Shown here: positions 18,059 through 26,677 of the stretch, piece after piece
Position numbering within the stretch: the first letter of the stretch is position 1
How the letters are laid out: each line of letters opens with the position of its first letter
IMG/VR virus record: IMGVR_UViG_3300030372_002142
Span: 1-43,728 of that record
DNA length: 43,728 bases
Direction: 5' to 3' (one strand)
Source: a virus
Lineage: Duplodnaviria > Caudoviricetes
Program-made: the position numbers and the translations under genes
The notes under the pieces: model-generated
Told to the model about the DNA's origin: nothing
Databases searched by the model: none
Seen by the model: the letters and a program-made list of their open reading frames with translations, nothing else

Positions 18059-18214
18059 ATGATCAAAGTCAAAATCGTGAAAAACACTTGGGCAAGTTCA
18101 AAGCAATGCTGGTTCGTAGTCGCTGACGGCGTGTCGGTTAACTACCACGGCTACACTTCTAAGAAAGCCGCCACCAAAGCCGCCGTCGATGCCGGTGCAA
18201 CAATCATCGACTGA
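18059..18214 (+). CDS. Early hypothetical protein (51 aa)
   Basis: AGGAG RBS; MIKVKIVKNTWASSKQCWFVVADG...; not in the ORF track. Confidence 0.7.
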   Translation: MIKVKIVKNTWASSKQCWFVVADGVSVNYHGYTSKKAATKAAVDAGATIID

Positions 18215-18220
18215 ACCAAA

Positions 18221-18287
18221 CCCCATCGCGATATATCGCCCATGCCCCGGAGCCTAACAGGTGGCCGGGGTTAAGGCGTAGAAAAAC
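18221..18287 (+). ncRNA. Structured intergenic leader, copy 2
   Basis: Same architecture as copy 1, with the identical 17-mer CCGGGGTTAAGGCGTAG. Confidence 0.5.
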
Positions 18288-18302
18288 AAGTTGGAGGTCA
18301 CA

Positions 18303-18455
18303 GTGCATAAATCTTTAAGAGATCATTTTGATAGAGAAACGCGTCGTCAGAAGCAGCTCCGCGAATTGGCGGACGAGCTGCAGGCCGAGCGCGAAGAGGA
18401 AGAGGCGGCTGAAGACGAGCGCCGTCACAACGCCAGCGTAAGCTGGCCTAGCTAA
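18303..18455 (+). CDS. Early charged coiled-coil protein (50 aa, GTG start)
   Basis: GGAGGTCACA-GTG start; MHKSLRDHFDRETRRQKQLRELADEL... Confidence 0.65.
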   Translation: MHKSLRDHFDRETRRQKQLRELADELQAEREEEEAAEDERRHNASVSWPS

Positions 18456-18465
18456 GGAGGTCACC

Positions 18466-19224
18466 ATGGCTAAACTCAAACTGCGTGCCGTCGATCACGG
18501 CAAGGACAAGAACCGCTACTGTGGTCCGTCCGCAATCTCGGCGGTCACCGGGCTGACAAGCGGAGAGGCTGCTCGCCTCATCCGCAAGCAGAGCGGCAAG
18601 CGTTCCGTTAAAGGGACAAGCACTTCCGACATCCGCCGCGCACTTGATGCGTGCAACATTCAGATGCGCGTTGTCCTTCCGCAAGAGGGGATGCGCTTCG
18701 GCAGACGCGACGGTATCACCTTGGCCCGTTGGCTAAAGATGACTACTCGTAGCCGGGGCAGTAAAATTTTCTTGATCGTTGCCGGTTGGCATTGGCAGCT
18801 CGTCAGCGGACGCCGCTACGTTTGCGGCATAACTGGAGACATCGTTTCCATCCGCGACAAGAAGGTCAAGCGTCGGGCGAGAGTGGCCGAGGTCTATGAG
18901 CTGGCGTCAAGCAACGTCATGCTTCCTTCCTTCGACGTGTCGAAGCCGAAGCCCAAGGCAAGCTCCACTCGCTACCAATGCAAGAAGCTCGTCAGGCAGC
19001 ACCCAGAGTTCGGGTTCAGGATCGAGGCCGAGAACTACAGCGGCGAACCTGATGGTTGGTTTTGGTGGGTAGCAATGAGCGACGCGCTTGAGGACCGAGC
19101 AATAGAGCTGGAGCATGAGCTGTCGGATTGTCATGGTTGTTACTGCTGGGATGAAATCTTGGAAAGGCTGCAAGAGATGGTAGTCTTTGCAAAGGAACAT
19201 CATAAGGATGACCACCCGGAATGA
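18466..19224 (+). CDS. Putative papain-fold (C39-like) cysteine peptidase plus C-terminal domain
   Basis: YCGPSAISAVTG helix with Cys and FLIVAGWHWQLV strand with His; strong RBS. Confidence 0.5.
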   Translation: MAKLKLRAVDHGKDKNRYCGPSAISAVTGLTSGEAARLIRKQSGKRSVKGTSTSDIRRALDACNIQMRVVLPQEGMRFGRRDGITLARWLKMTTRSRGSKIFLIVAGWHWQLVSGRRYVCGITGDIVSIRDKKVKRRARVAEVYELASSNVMLPSFDVSKPKPKASSTRYQCKKLVRQHPEFGFRIEAENYSGEPDGWFWWVAMSDALEDRAIELEHELSDCHGCYCWDEILERLQEMVVFAKEHHKDDHPE

Positions 19225-19301
19225 GCCGGGCGGCATGGGGCGGGGGGTTTTCTTTAAAGATAGGTCTTGGGGTTGCCCCCCGTCTTCCCAAAAATAATAG
19301 T

Positions 19302-19351
19302 TTGACATAAGTCACTGACAAGCGCATATTCTGTGTAAGAAAAGTTACTTA
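19302..19351 (+). promoter_or_regulatory. Sigma70-type promoter with operators
   Basis: TTGACA-N17-CATATT; operator TAAGTCACTGA in the spacer and AAAGTTACTTA downstream. Confidence 0.75.
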
Positions 19352-19378
19352 CATACGTCTAACAAATTGGAGGTCACA

Positions 19379-19672
19379 ATGCGTATCAAGAATAAAGTCG
19401 ATCAATTCCTCAGTGTCTCAGCCGAGATCAAGCAGCTCCAGAAAAAGCAGAAGGAGCTGCGCGGTCTTATCCTTGAGACGATGGACGATAACGACGTGCA
19501 GTTCATCTCGGGGTCCAACGGCGAGGGTGTCGTCAAGGCAGAGAGCGTTCGCTGGACGCTCGACACCAAAGCCGTCCGCGAAGAGATGGGCGACGTCTGG
19601 GCAGACCAGCGTTCCAACATGACGCCAGTCGTTTCCCTTCGGGTTTCGACGGGCATCAAGCAGGCAGCTTAG
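19379..19672 (+). CDS. Hypothetical coiled-coil protein (97 aa)
   Basis: GGAGGTCACA-ATG start; resembles the C-terminal domain of the 22270 nuclease. Confidence 0.7.
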   Translation: MRIKNKVDQFLSVSAEIKQLQKKQKELRGLILETMDDNDVQFISGSNGEGVVKAESVRWTLDTKAVREEMGDVWADQRSNMTPVVSLRVSTGIKQAA

Positions 19673-19681
19673 GAGGTCACA

Positions 19682-20542
19682 ATGGCTAAATCGTATGACG
19701 CATATCAGGTAGTAACCGATCAGATTGTAGGAGCCTTGGAGGCAGGCACTCGTCCTTGGACGAAGAGCTGGGCAGGCGGAATAAGCGGCCTGCCCCTCCG
19801 CCACAACGGCAAGCCCTACTCGGGCGTCAACATCTTGATCCTCGGCCTGTCGGGTTTTTCTAACCCGTACTGGATGACGTTCAAGCAGGCGCAGGAGTAT
19901 GGCGGGAAAGTCCGCAAGGGTTCGACGGCTACCAAGATCGTATTCTTCAAACCCCTCAAGATCGAAGACAAGGTGACGAAGGAAGAGAAGAGCATCCCCT
20001 TGCTCCGCACCTACAACGTCTTCAATGCCGAGCAGATCGAAGGGCTGCCCGAGCGGTTCTATCCTGTCGAGGAGGAGCGCAACCAAGGCGAGCGCATCGA
20101 AGCTGCCGAGGCTTTCTTTGCTGGCAGGACGAACCTTGTTCACGAGGGTGGGCAAGCGTACTACCGTCCGTCTCTCGACCAGATCGTCATGCCTTCGTTT
20201 GAGAAGTTCAATGACCCCGAGGCATACTACTCCACCCTTGCTCACGAGTTCATTCATTGGACGGGTCACAAGTCCAGACTGGACCGTGACCTGAAGACGA
20301 GCTACGGCACAAAAGACTATGCTCGCGAGGAGTTGGTTGCCGAGCTGGGGTCAGCCTTTGTCATGCACACCCTCGGCCTGAGCGCCGAGCCACGCGAAGA
20401 CCATGCCGAGTACCTAGCCGAATGGCTGAAGGTATTGAAGGAAGACAAACGAGCAATCTTCCGCGCTTCGGCAGCGGCTCAGAAAGCCTGTGATTTTCTG
20501 GTCGCCAATGCAAACCCTGAAACCAAGAAGGAGGCAGCGTAA
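19682..20542 (+). CDS. ardC: ArdC-like antirestriction protein (ssDNA-binding domain plus zincin metallopeptidase)
   Basis: PWTKSW, YSGVN, WMTFKQA..G..VRKG, YNVFNAEQ, HEFIHWTGH..RL.R, YAREELVAE and HAEYL..WL motifs. Confidence 0.9.
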   Translation: MAKSYDAYQVVTDQIVGALEAGTRPWTKSWAGGISGLPLRHNGKPYSGVNILILGLSGFSNPYWMTFKQAQEYGGKVRKGSTATKIVFFKPLKIEDKVTKEEKSIPLLRTYNVFNAEQIEGLPERFYPVEEERNQGERIEAAEAFFAGRTNLVHEGGQAYYRPSLDQIVMPSFEKFNDPEAYYSTLAHEFIHWTGHKSRLDRDLKTSYGTKDYAREELVAELGSAFVMHTLGLSAEPREDHAEYLAEWLKVLKEDKRAIFRASAAAQKACDFLVANANPETKKEAA

Positions 20543-20742
20543 TGCTAGAGGACGACATCATGGCGGCTGATGAATTGAAAGGCGGCGAAGTAGCCGCCGC
20601 CGTCCGCAAGAACATTATTGAACACAAGATTAGTCTGGAGGATGGGTTTCAATTTTTAAGATCACACGGCTGCCATCCTCGGATTGCATGTCAGCTCCTT
20701 AAGGCTGCAGTAGAAAAATTGAATTACGAGGTGGGGGCTTGA
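20542..20742 (+). CDS. Hypothetical protein
   Basis: TAATG coupling to ardC with GGAGG RBS. Confidence 0.6.
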   Translation: MLEDDIMAADELKGGEVAAAVRKNIIEHKISLEDGFQFLRSHGCHPRIACQLLKAAVEKLNYEVGA

Positions 20743-20757
20743 CCCCCATCTTTTTTT
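20730..20757 (+). terminator. Intrinsic terminator
   Basis: GGTGGGGG-CTTGA-CCCCCATC followed by T7. Confidence 0.7.
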
Positions 20758-20790
20758 AATTTACAAGGCACTTACATTTTGGAGGTCGCT

Positions 20791-22155
20791 ATGAGAAAAA
20801 CACTTCTCCCGCATCAGATTGAGGACGCCGAGTTTCTCGCGAGCAGATCGTTCGCCGGGAATTTTTCTGGCATGGGCAGCGGCAAGACGCTGACCGCTTT
20901 GAAGGCTTGCCAGACTGTAAAGGCGCATCACAAACACCTGAACACGATTATCGTTGGGCCGCCGATCAGCCTGCCTATGTGGAAGGAAGAGGCTGAAGAG
21001 TACCTCCCCTGCGAGGACGCTCCCTGCACCCGCGCTCAAATTTTGAAGACTGGGACGACCAAGATCGACAGGGACGCACACGTCATCATCATGTCTTACG
21101 AGATCGCAACTAAGCGGGTTGTTGAGCTAAAGGCATTGAGGGCTACGGTCCTGATCTGCGACGAGAGCCATGCGCTCAAGAACATTAAAGCCAAGCGGAC
21201 CAAAGCCATTTTGGGCAAAGACGGACTGGCGTCTTACGTTGACCATGCTTGGATGTTGACGGGGACGCCGGTCACCCGTTGGAACGACGACCTTTACAGT
21301 TTCCTATGCCGTGCTGACCTCAACGGCATCGGGGAGCGTTGTGGTGGCGTCAGTATGGAGAGGTTCCGTCTCCAATACTGCGTCACCCAACGCAAGCAAT
21401 GGCCGGGTGCTAGTTTCCCGACAACGGTCACCGTTGGCAGCCGCAACACCGACAAGCTACACAGGTGGATTTTTGACAGCGGCCTAGCCGTTCGCCGTGA
21501 TCTTGCTGACGTGTGGAAGCAAATGCCCCCTTTTACTTCTAACCGTCTGCGAGTTAGCCAGACCCGTGACCCTGAGCTGACTGCCATGATGAAGATATTG
21601 GATCAGAAGACACTCCGTCAGATTGAGGAGGAGCTGAGTAGTAACGACGAGCATATCGCGACGATGCGTCGTAAGCTCGGCCTTTCCAAAGTGATCGCCG
21701 CCGTCAACATCATTGCTGACAGAATAGAAAGCGGGAGCGGGCCATTGCTTATTGGTGTCTGGCATCGCGAGGTGATTGACCAGCTTGTTAACGAGCTGAA
21801 GCACCTTGGCATAAGCCAGCGGGTTATCGACGGACGCACGTCCGCCGCGCAGAAGCAGTCAGCGCAGGAGCTATTCAACGCCAAAGAGATCAGCGTACTT
21901 GTCGGTCAAATTGCTTCGATGGGCGTTTCGATGAACCTCCAGCATGGCGGTAACCGCATAGTGGTAGTGGAGGAGGACTGGTCGCCCAGTATCATGGATC
22001 AGTTCTACGCTCGGCTGTATCGCATGGGGCAGAAGGATCATGTCCATGTAGACGTGCTGGTCACCGACACTAAGCTCGACAAGGTTGTTGGGAAGATTAG
22101 CAGCCGCAAGCGTAGCGAACATGGTATCCTCCTGAAGCAGGAGGAGGCAGCATGA
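20791..22155 (+). CDS. SNF2-like (SF2) helicase
   Basis: LLPHQ, GMGSGKT, DESH, LTGTP and QFYARLYRMGQ motifs; start corrected to ATG 20791. Confidence 0.9.
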   Translation: MRKTLLPHQIEDAEFLASRSFAGNFSGMGSGKTLTALKACQTVKAHHKHLNTIIVGPPISLPMWKEEAEEYLPCEDAPCTRAQILKTGTTKIDRDAHVIIMSYEIATKRVVELKALRATVLICDESHALKNIKAKRTKAILGKDGLASYVDHAWMLTGTPVTRWNDDLYSFLCRADLNGIGERCGGVSMERFRLQYCVTQRKQWPGASFPTTVTVGSRNTDKLHRWIFDSGLAVRRDLADVWKQMPPFTSNRLRVSQTRDPELTAMMKILDQKTLRQIEEELSSNDEHIATMRRKLGLSKVIAAVNIIADRIESGSGPLLIGVWHREVIDQLVNELKHLGISQRVIDGRTSAAQKQSAQELFNAKEISVLVGQIASMGVSMNLQHGGNRIVVVEEDWSPSIMDQFYARLYRMGQKDHVHVDVLVTDTKLDKVVGKISSRKRSEHGILLKQEEAA

Positions 22156-22268
22156 TGTGGCACTTTGAAAATATTCTCGCGCTTGTAGTTCTAGTCGCGT
22201 TCGTTTTTCTCGTCGTCTGGCAAATGATGCTGTCGATAGACGATATGATGGCGCTGAAAGGATTTTAG
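22152..22268 (+). CDS. Small single-TM membrane peptide (38 aa)
   Basis: ATGA overlap and GGAGG RBS; MMWHFENILALVVLVAFVFLVVWQMM... Confidence 0.6.
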   Translation: MMWHFENILALVVLVAFVFLVVWQMMLSIDDMMALKGF

Positions 22269-22269
22269 C

Positions 22270-23256
22270 ATGGAGCTGAGAGACGTTGTCATTGGGGGTC
22301 AGAGAATACTCGACAGCCAGAAAGAATGGGGCTTTGACCGTAGCCAATTCCTGAACGCCAGCGAGGCGGAGGATTGCATCCGCCGCATCTGGTATTCCAA
22401 GCACCAGCCTGAGCTGGCGGAGGAACAGGAGTGGGGCTTCGCCCATCGGGGGCACGCTTGCGAGGCGTATGTCGTCCGCTGCTTGCAGGCGAGAAACGAC
22501 GTTAAGCTGGAGTACGCTGGCGAGGAGCAGGAGAGCTTTCAAGACGATAAGCTCCGCCTGTCGGCTACACCTGACGGGATCATATCATTTGAGGACGGAC
22601 CCTTTGAGGGTTTGGAAATTAAGAGCATTGATCCCCGGACCAACAGGAACAACCTCCCCCGCATCGGCCACGTCGTTCAGCTCAAGATAGGTATGGCGCT
22701 CTTTAATAAGCGCCTCGCTGGGCAGCAAACTTTTCGATTGAAGCGGGGGCGCATCCTTTACATTGACGCGAGCAACTACAACGACATTATTGAATTCGAG
22801 GTGCAGGCGGACGACACCATACTGGATCGCTACGCAGCGAAGGCCGCCAAAGTTTTCCGTACCAAATCTGTAGACGGCCTAGATCGCGAGGGAAAAAGGC
22901 TAGGTACATGCACCTACTGCAGTTTCAAACTTGCGTGTGGAGTAGACGTAGCTAAACCGTCTAGTCGGAAAACACCTTCTAGCGTATCCAAAGCCGCCAA
23001 AAGGTATATGGAGGTCAGGGACAGCGAGGAGGCGATCAAGCTGGAGAAGGCTGCTTTGAGCGAGGAGCTGAAGGCTTTGCTTGGCAGCATGAACATGAAC
23101 AACACTGTAGTCGATGGCGTCGAAGTCAAGATGACTACAGTCAAGGGACGTGAGAGCCTAGATAAGAAGGCTGTCGCGAAGGCGGGGATAGACTTGTCTC
23201 CGTTTACTACAGTGGGCGCACCGAGCGTGCGCCTGAACGTGAAACGTGCGACTTAA
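22270..23256 (+). CDS. Cas4/RecB-like PD-(D/E)XK exonuclease
   Basis: ASE..DC.R, RGH..E, ATPDG, LEIKS and CTYCSFKLAC (1+3 Cys, Fe-S type). Confidence 0.85.
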   Translation: MELRDVVIGGQRILDSQKEWGFDRSQFLNASEAEDCIRRIWYSKHQPELAEEQEWGFAHRGHACEAYVVRCLQARNDVKLEYAGEEQESFQDDKLRLSATPDGIISFEDGPFEGLEIKSIDPRTNRNNLPRIGHVVQLKIGMALFNKRLAGQQTFRLKRGRILYIDASNYNDIIEFEVQADDTILDRYAAKAAKVFRTKSVDGLDREGKRLGTCTYCSFKLACGVDVAKPSSRKTPSSVSKAAKRYMEVRDSEEAIKLEKAALSEELKALLGSMNMNNTVVDGVEVKMTTVKGRESLDKKAVAKAGIDLSPFTTVGAPSVRLNVKRAT

Positions 23257-23272
23257 AAAGGAGCTGTGTAAC

Positions 23273-23965
23273 ATGGCAAACGCACTTGATACTTTTGTGA
23301 AAGGGGCGAGCGATCTCCCCGCAATGACGGACGACCAGTTAGCGGATGCGCTGGACCGTGCGAACGAAGCGTATGGAGTAGCCGACACGTCGGGTATTCA
23401 ATACGTAACTTTCTCCGGTAAGAACGGAGAGTACACCATAGGTAAATCGAATGCGCGAGACGAGGACGCGCTTTACCTGATCGAACCTCAATCCTTCATC
23501 GCCGGTTGGAAGTGCTGGAAAGGAGGCAAACCCGTAGGGGTTATAGAGTGGAGCTACTTCACGCCAGACCGTGCCGTCGCTGTAGACGATCTGGAAGACC
23601 ACGGACCCTACGACGAGCGAAGAGGTGAAGGCTGGAAGCCGCTACTTGGTTTTGGCCTCGTATCGACGAATGGTGAGAACACCAGCTTGAAGTATACGAC
23701 GACAACGGTGTCGGCGTGCAACGCAGTCAAAGACCTCATCATGGAGGTGGGCAGCCGCGCTCGCAATAAAGAGCCGTCTCTCCCGCTGGTCTATCTTGGG
23801 TCTGAGCAGTTCACGTCACGCGACGGTGACACTAACTGGAAGCCTACCTTCCATGCCGAGACGTGGGTGACCCGCCCAGCCTTCGCTGCGTTCTTCGCAA
23901 GCGATATGTCCTTGGACGCTCTCGTCGATGGAGAGCAGCCTAAGAAGAAGCGAGGCCGCAAATAA
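23273..23965 (+). CDS. Putative ssDNA-binding/annealing protein
   Basis: FSGKNGEY.IG, GWKCW, PLVYL...WKPTF...WV pattern; lies between the nuclease and polymerase; AAGGAG RBS. Confidence 0.6.
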   Translation: MANALDTFVKGASDLPAMTDDQLADALDRANEAYGVADTSGIQYVTFSGKNGEYTIGKSNARDEDALYLIEPQSFIAGWKCWKGGKPVGVIEWSYFTPDRAVAVDDLEDHGPYDERRGEGWKPLLGFGLVSTNGENTSLKYTTTTVSACNAVKDLIMEVGSRARNKEPSLPLVYLGSEQFTSRDGDTNWKPTFHAETWVTRPAFAAFFASDMSLDALVDGEQPKKKRGRK

Positions 23966-24267
23966 TGGAGGGGGCCGGTAGACGTGACGCCGGTGTCGCT
24001 TCTGTTATGCGGTCAGAAGGCGAGGACTGGAAAGCAGCAGCAGTATCAGTTGCTCTCCGGGTACGGGACAGCCGCGAGGACTTTACTGGAGAGGACATAC
24101 GCCTAGCCTGTGTTAAGGAAGGCATATCTCCCTCCCACCCCAACGCATGGGGTGGCCTCGTCCACGGGCTGGTTCGTTCAGGTGTCATTGTTGAAACAGG
24201 GGAGTGGCAGGCTGCAAGAAGCCCTCGCTCACATGCCCGAAGGATACCTGTCTATACACGTCCTTAA
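23965..24267 (+). CDS. Hypothetical phage protein (possible winged helix)
   Basis: FTGEDIR, HPNAWG and SHAR..VY motifs; TAATG coupling. Confidence 0.6.
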   Translation: MEGAGRRDAGVASVMRSEGEDWKAAAVSVALRVRDSREDFTGEDIRLACVKEGISPSHPNAWGGLVHGLVRSGVIVETGEWQAARSPRSHARRIPVYTRP

Positions 24268-24270
24268 AAG

Positions 24271-24303
24271 AATTGCCCCCCAGCGATATGCTGGGGGGCA
24301 GTT
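24271..24303 (+). other. Strong intergenic hairpin upstream of polA
   Basis: AATTGCCCCCCAGC-GATAT-GCTGGGGGGCAGTT; no poly-T tail. Confidence 0.6.
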
Positions 24304-24357
24304 CTGGAGTTGAAAACAGGAAAGAGTTAACGCTAAGCATTGGAGGTCGCCAATACT

Positions 24358-26181
24358 ATGTCTCTAAATACCCCCAGATATAAGAAGGTGTCAACCCTTG
24401 AGGCGCTCAAGGTTGTACTGGATAGCGTCGGCACTGCCGACTGCGCCCTCGATTTTGAGACGACATCCCTCCGTCCGAAGGAGGGCAGGGTCCGCCTTGT
24501 TTCACTTTGTAACAGCCGGGTAAAGGCCGTCGTAGACTTCGATCAGATCAAGGGCGGGTTCAAGGCCGTAGCCAAGCTATTCAACCGAGGGCAGTGGGTT
24601 GTCTTCAACGCCGGGTTTGAGCTTCGCTGGTTCATCGACGCCGGTTGCCCCGATACGACGTGCTTGGACGTTGGCTATTTGCGACGGGCCATCCTTGGCG
24701 GGGGAACCTTCAGGCTGCTGGACATGGTCGCTTGGGACTTGAACGAGACGATGTCGAAGGAGCAGCAGACGAGCAACTGGGCAGCCGCCAAGCTGTCGAA
24801 GGAACAACTCGACTACGCCTTCCTTGACGCCTACAAAACTTTCCAGCTATGGCAGCACTGGAGTAGCCGTGCTTCCGATCACCACTGGGGCGGTTTTTCT
24901 ATGCTGAACGACATGGTCCCGGCAGTCATCGAAATGGAAGACGCCGGTATGAAGCTGGACGTTAAGAGGCATCGCGAGCTTTGCTTGCGCTGGGAGAAGG
25001 TGCAGGCTCAGCAGTACAAGGAAATCAGAAACAGCGTCAGCGCTTCGGATGTCGCCAACATACAGAGCGACAGTCAGTGGTCAGATTTTCTGAGCGCCCT
25101 CCTACCTGACGCTTTGTTGTCGAGCTGGCCGCGAACCGAGAAGACGGGGCAGCTCAAGATGTCAACGGACGTTCTCCGTCAGGTGGCAGCGCACGTCGAA
25201 GCATCGACGGGGGAGAACCCGCTTAGCGATTTGCTCGACGCCTTGGCCGACTACAAAAAGATTACGAAGTACCTCAGCTCGTTTGGGGAGACGCTTATCA
25301 CTAAGGCGGAGCTGTCTAATGACAAGCGCGTTCATGCCCGGTTCAACATTGGTGCGGCGAAGACGTGCCGCTTCAGCTCTAGCAATCCTAACCTCCAACA
25401 GATACCCCGAGACAAGGAGATCATGGGGGAGGAGACGAGCGTCCGAAGCTCCTTCGTCGCCGGCCTTGGCCGCAAGCTGGTCACGCTCGACTACAGCGGC
25501 ATTGAGCTTAGGGTGCTGGCGCTGCTGGCAGAAGACGACCAGCTCCTTTCAGACGTTGTCGAGGGGGACGTCCACGCCGAGGTCGCTGCAGTTGTAGCCG
25601 GTAAGAAGATCAACAAGAAGACCAAGGCGGGAGCCGCCGCTCGTAACAAAGCCAAGGGCGTGTCCTTCGGAATTATCTACGGCAGCGGTGCAGGTGGGTT
25701 ATCGACAACCATGAGGACGACGGTGGAGAACGCGCAGCGGTACATCGACTTCTGGGCGGAGCGCTACAAAAACGCTTTCAACTACCGGCACAAAATTATG
25801 GACGAAGCCACGCGCACCAGATACATCCGGGTCATTGACGGCGGGACGATCTACATGGGTAAGAAACCTGAGCTGCCCCGTTGCGCTAACTACCCTGTCC
25901 AAAGAGCAGCGCTTTCGATTATGGCAAACGCCATCGTCCGCCATAAGCGCACGCTGGACGCCGAGAGAGCTGCCGGTAGGCAGCGTATGACCCGTATGCT
26001 CAGCACCATCCATGACGCCATTATAGACGAAGCGTCTAGTCGCACTGCTAAGGATTGTTACGCCCTTATGGAGGCGGACATGATTGCAGCGTACCTCGAC
26101 TACTTCCCTGACGCCCCGACAGAGAACCTTGTTGAGGGCGGTATCGGCAGCGGATGGGGGTCAATAAAACCTATTGAATAG
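24358..26181 (+). CDS. polA: DNA polymerase family A with 3'-5' exonuclease domain
   Basis: ExoI DFET, PNLQQIP, motif A DYSGIELR, motif B RNKAKGVSFGIIYG, motif C IHDA. Confidence 0.95.
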   Translation: MSLNTPRYKKVSTLEALKVVLDSVGTADCALDFETTSLRPKEGRVRLVSLCNSRVKAVVDFDQIKGGFKAVAKLFNRGQWVVFNAGFELRWFIDAGCPDTTCLDVGYLRRAILGGGTFRLLDMVAWDLNETMSKEQQTSNWAAAKLSKEQLDYAFLDAYKTFQLWQHWSSRASDHHWGGFSMLNDMVPAVIEMEDAGMKLDVKRHRELCLRWEKVQAQQYKEIRNSVSASDVANIQSDSQWSDFLSALLPDALLSSWPRTEKTGQLKMSTDVLRQVAAHVEASTGENPLSDLLDALADYKKITKYLSSFGETLITKAELSNDKRVHARFNIGAAKTCRFSSSNPNLQQIPRDKEIMGEETSVRSSFVAGLGRKLVTLDYSGIELRVLALLAEDDQLLSDVVEGDVHAEVAAVVAGKKINKKTKAGAAARNKAKGVSFGIIYGSGAGGLSTTMRTTVENAQRYIDFWAERYKNAFNYRHKIMDEATRTRYIRVIDGGTIYMGKKPELPRCANYPVQRAALSIMANAIVRHKRTLDAERAAGRQRMTRMLSTIHDAIIDEASSRTAKDCYALMEADMIAAYLDYFPDAPTENLVEGGIGSGWGSIKPIE

Positions 26182-26184
26182 GTG

Positions 26185-26231
26185 TTGACGTAAGTGACTT
26201 ATTGCTATACCCACTTTAAATCAGTCACTAA
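26185..26231 (+). promoter_or_regulatory. Promoter with two operators
   Basis: TTGACG ... TGCTATAC; TAAGTGACTTA at 26191 and TCAGTCACTAA at 26221. Confidence 0.65.
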
Positions 26232-26248
26232 CTTGGAAAGGAAAGAGT

Positions 26249-26431
26249 ATGAAGTGCGTATTGTGTCGAAAGGAGATCGACGCGCAGCTTAGCCCGTTTG
26301 GGGAAGTTGTGTGGACTGGGGGTCACAGCGCCGAGCCTATTAGATCAGGACGGTGCTGCTCGACCTGTAATGCAACACGGGTGATCCCAGCGAGATTGGA
26401 GAACCACCTGTCTATAAGAATAACCGTTTAG
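26249..26431 (+). CDS. Small Zn-finger protein
   Basis: CxxC ... GRCCxxCN..VIPAR. Confidence 0.7.
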   Translation: MKCVLCRKEIDAQLSPFGEVVWTGGHSAEPIRSGRCCSTCNATRVIPARLENHLSIRITV

Positions 26432-26440
26432 GAGGTAACA

Positions 26441-26677
26441 ATGTCTATACCAAGAGTGCGAGGCCGAAGCGATCTAAAGCGGCTGATCAAGGAGATGCAG
26501 GACGGCGTAGGTCGCAGCAAAGTGTCATTAGGAAGGAAGCGGAAGATTGCACAGTCCGCGAAGACAATGACGCTTGTCGATCTGGACAACAAACTTGCTG
26601 CGCTCAGATGGGCGGAGCAGATGGCGGACACTATGCCAGAAGGCATAGAGCTAAACGAGAATGGAGAAAAGTTATGA
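26441..26677 (+). CDS. Hypothetical protein
   Basis: AGGAGGT RBS; coupled to the next gene. Confidence 0.65.
   Translation: MSIPRVRGRSDLKRLIKEMQDGVGRSKVSLGRKRKIAQSAKTMTLVDLDNKLAALRWAEQMADTMPEGIELNENGEKL

Noticed and set aside
17986-18287. Repeated leaders as hammerhead or twister ribozymes, or a mini-CRISPR
   Set aside because: No CUGANGA/GAAA core or twister consensus; only two copies, separated by a gene rather than a spacer.
19418-20269. 283-aa minus-strand ORF
   Set aside because: Antisense shadow of ardC and its upstream gene.
22270-23256. Cas4-like gene as part of a CRISPR system
   Set aside because: No array or other cas genes; it sits in the usual phage recombination/replication context.
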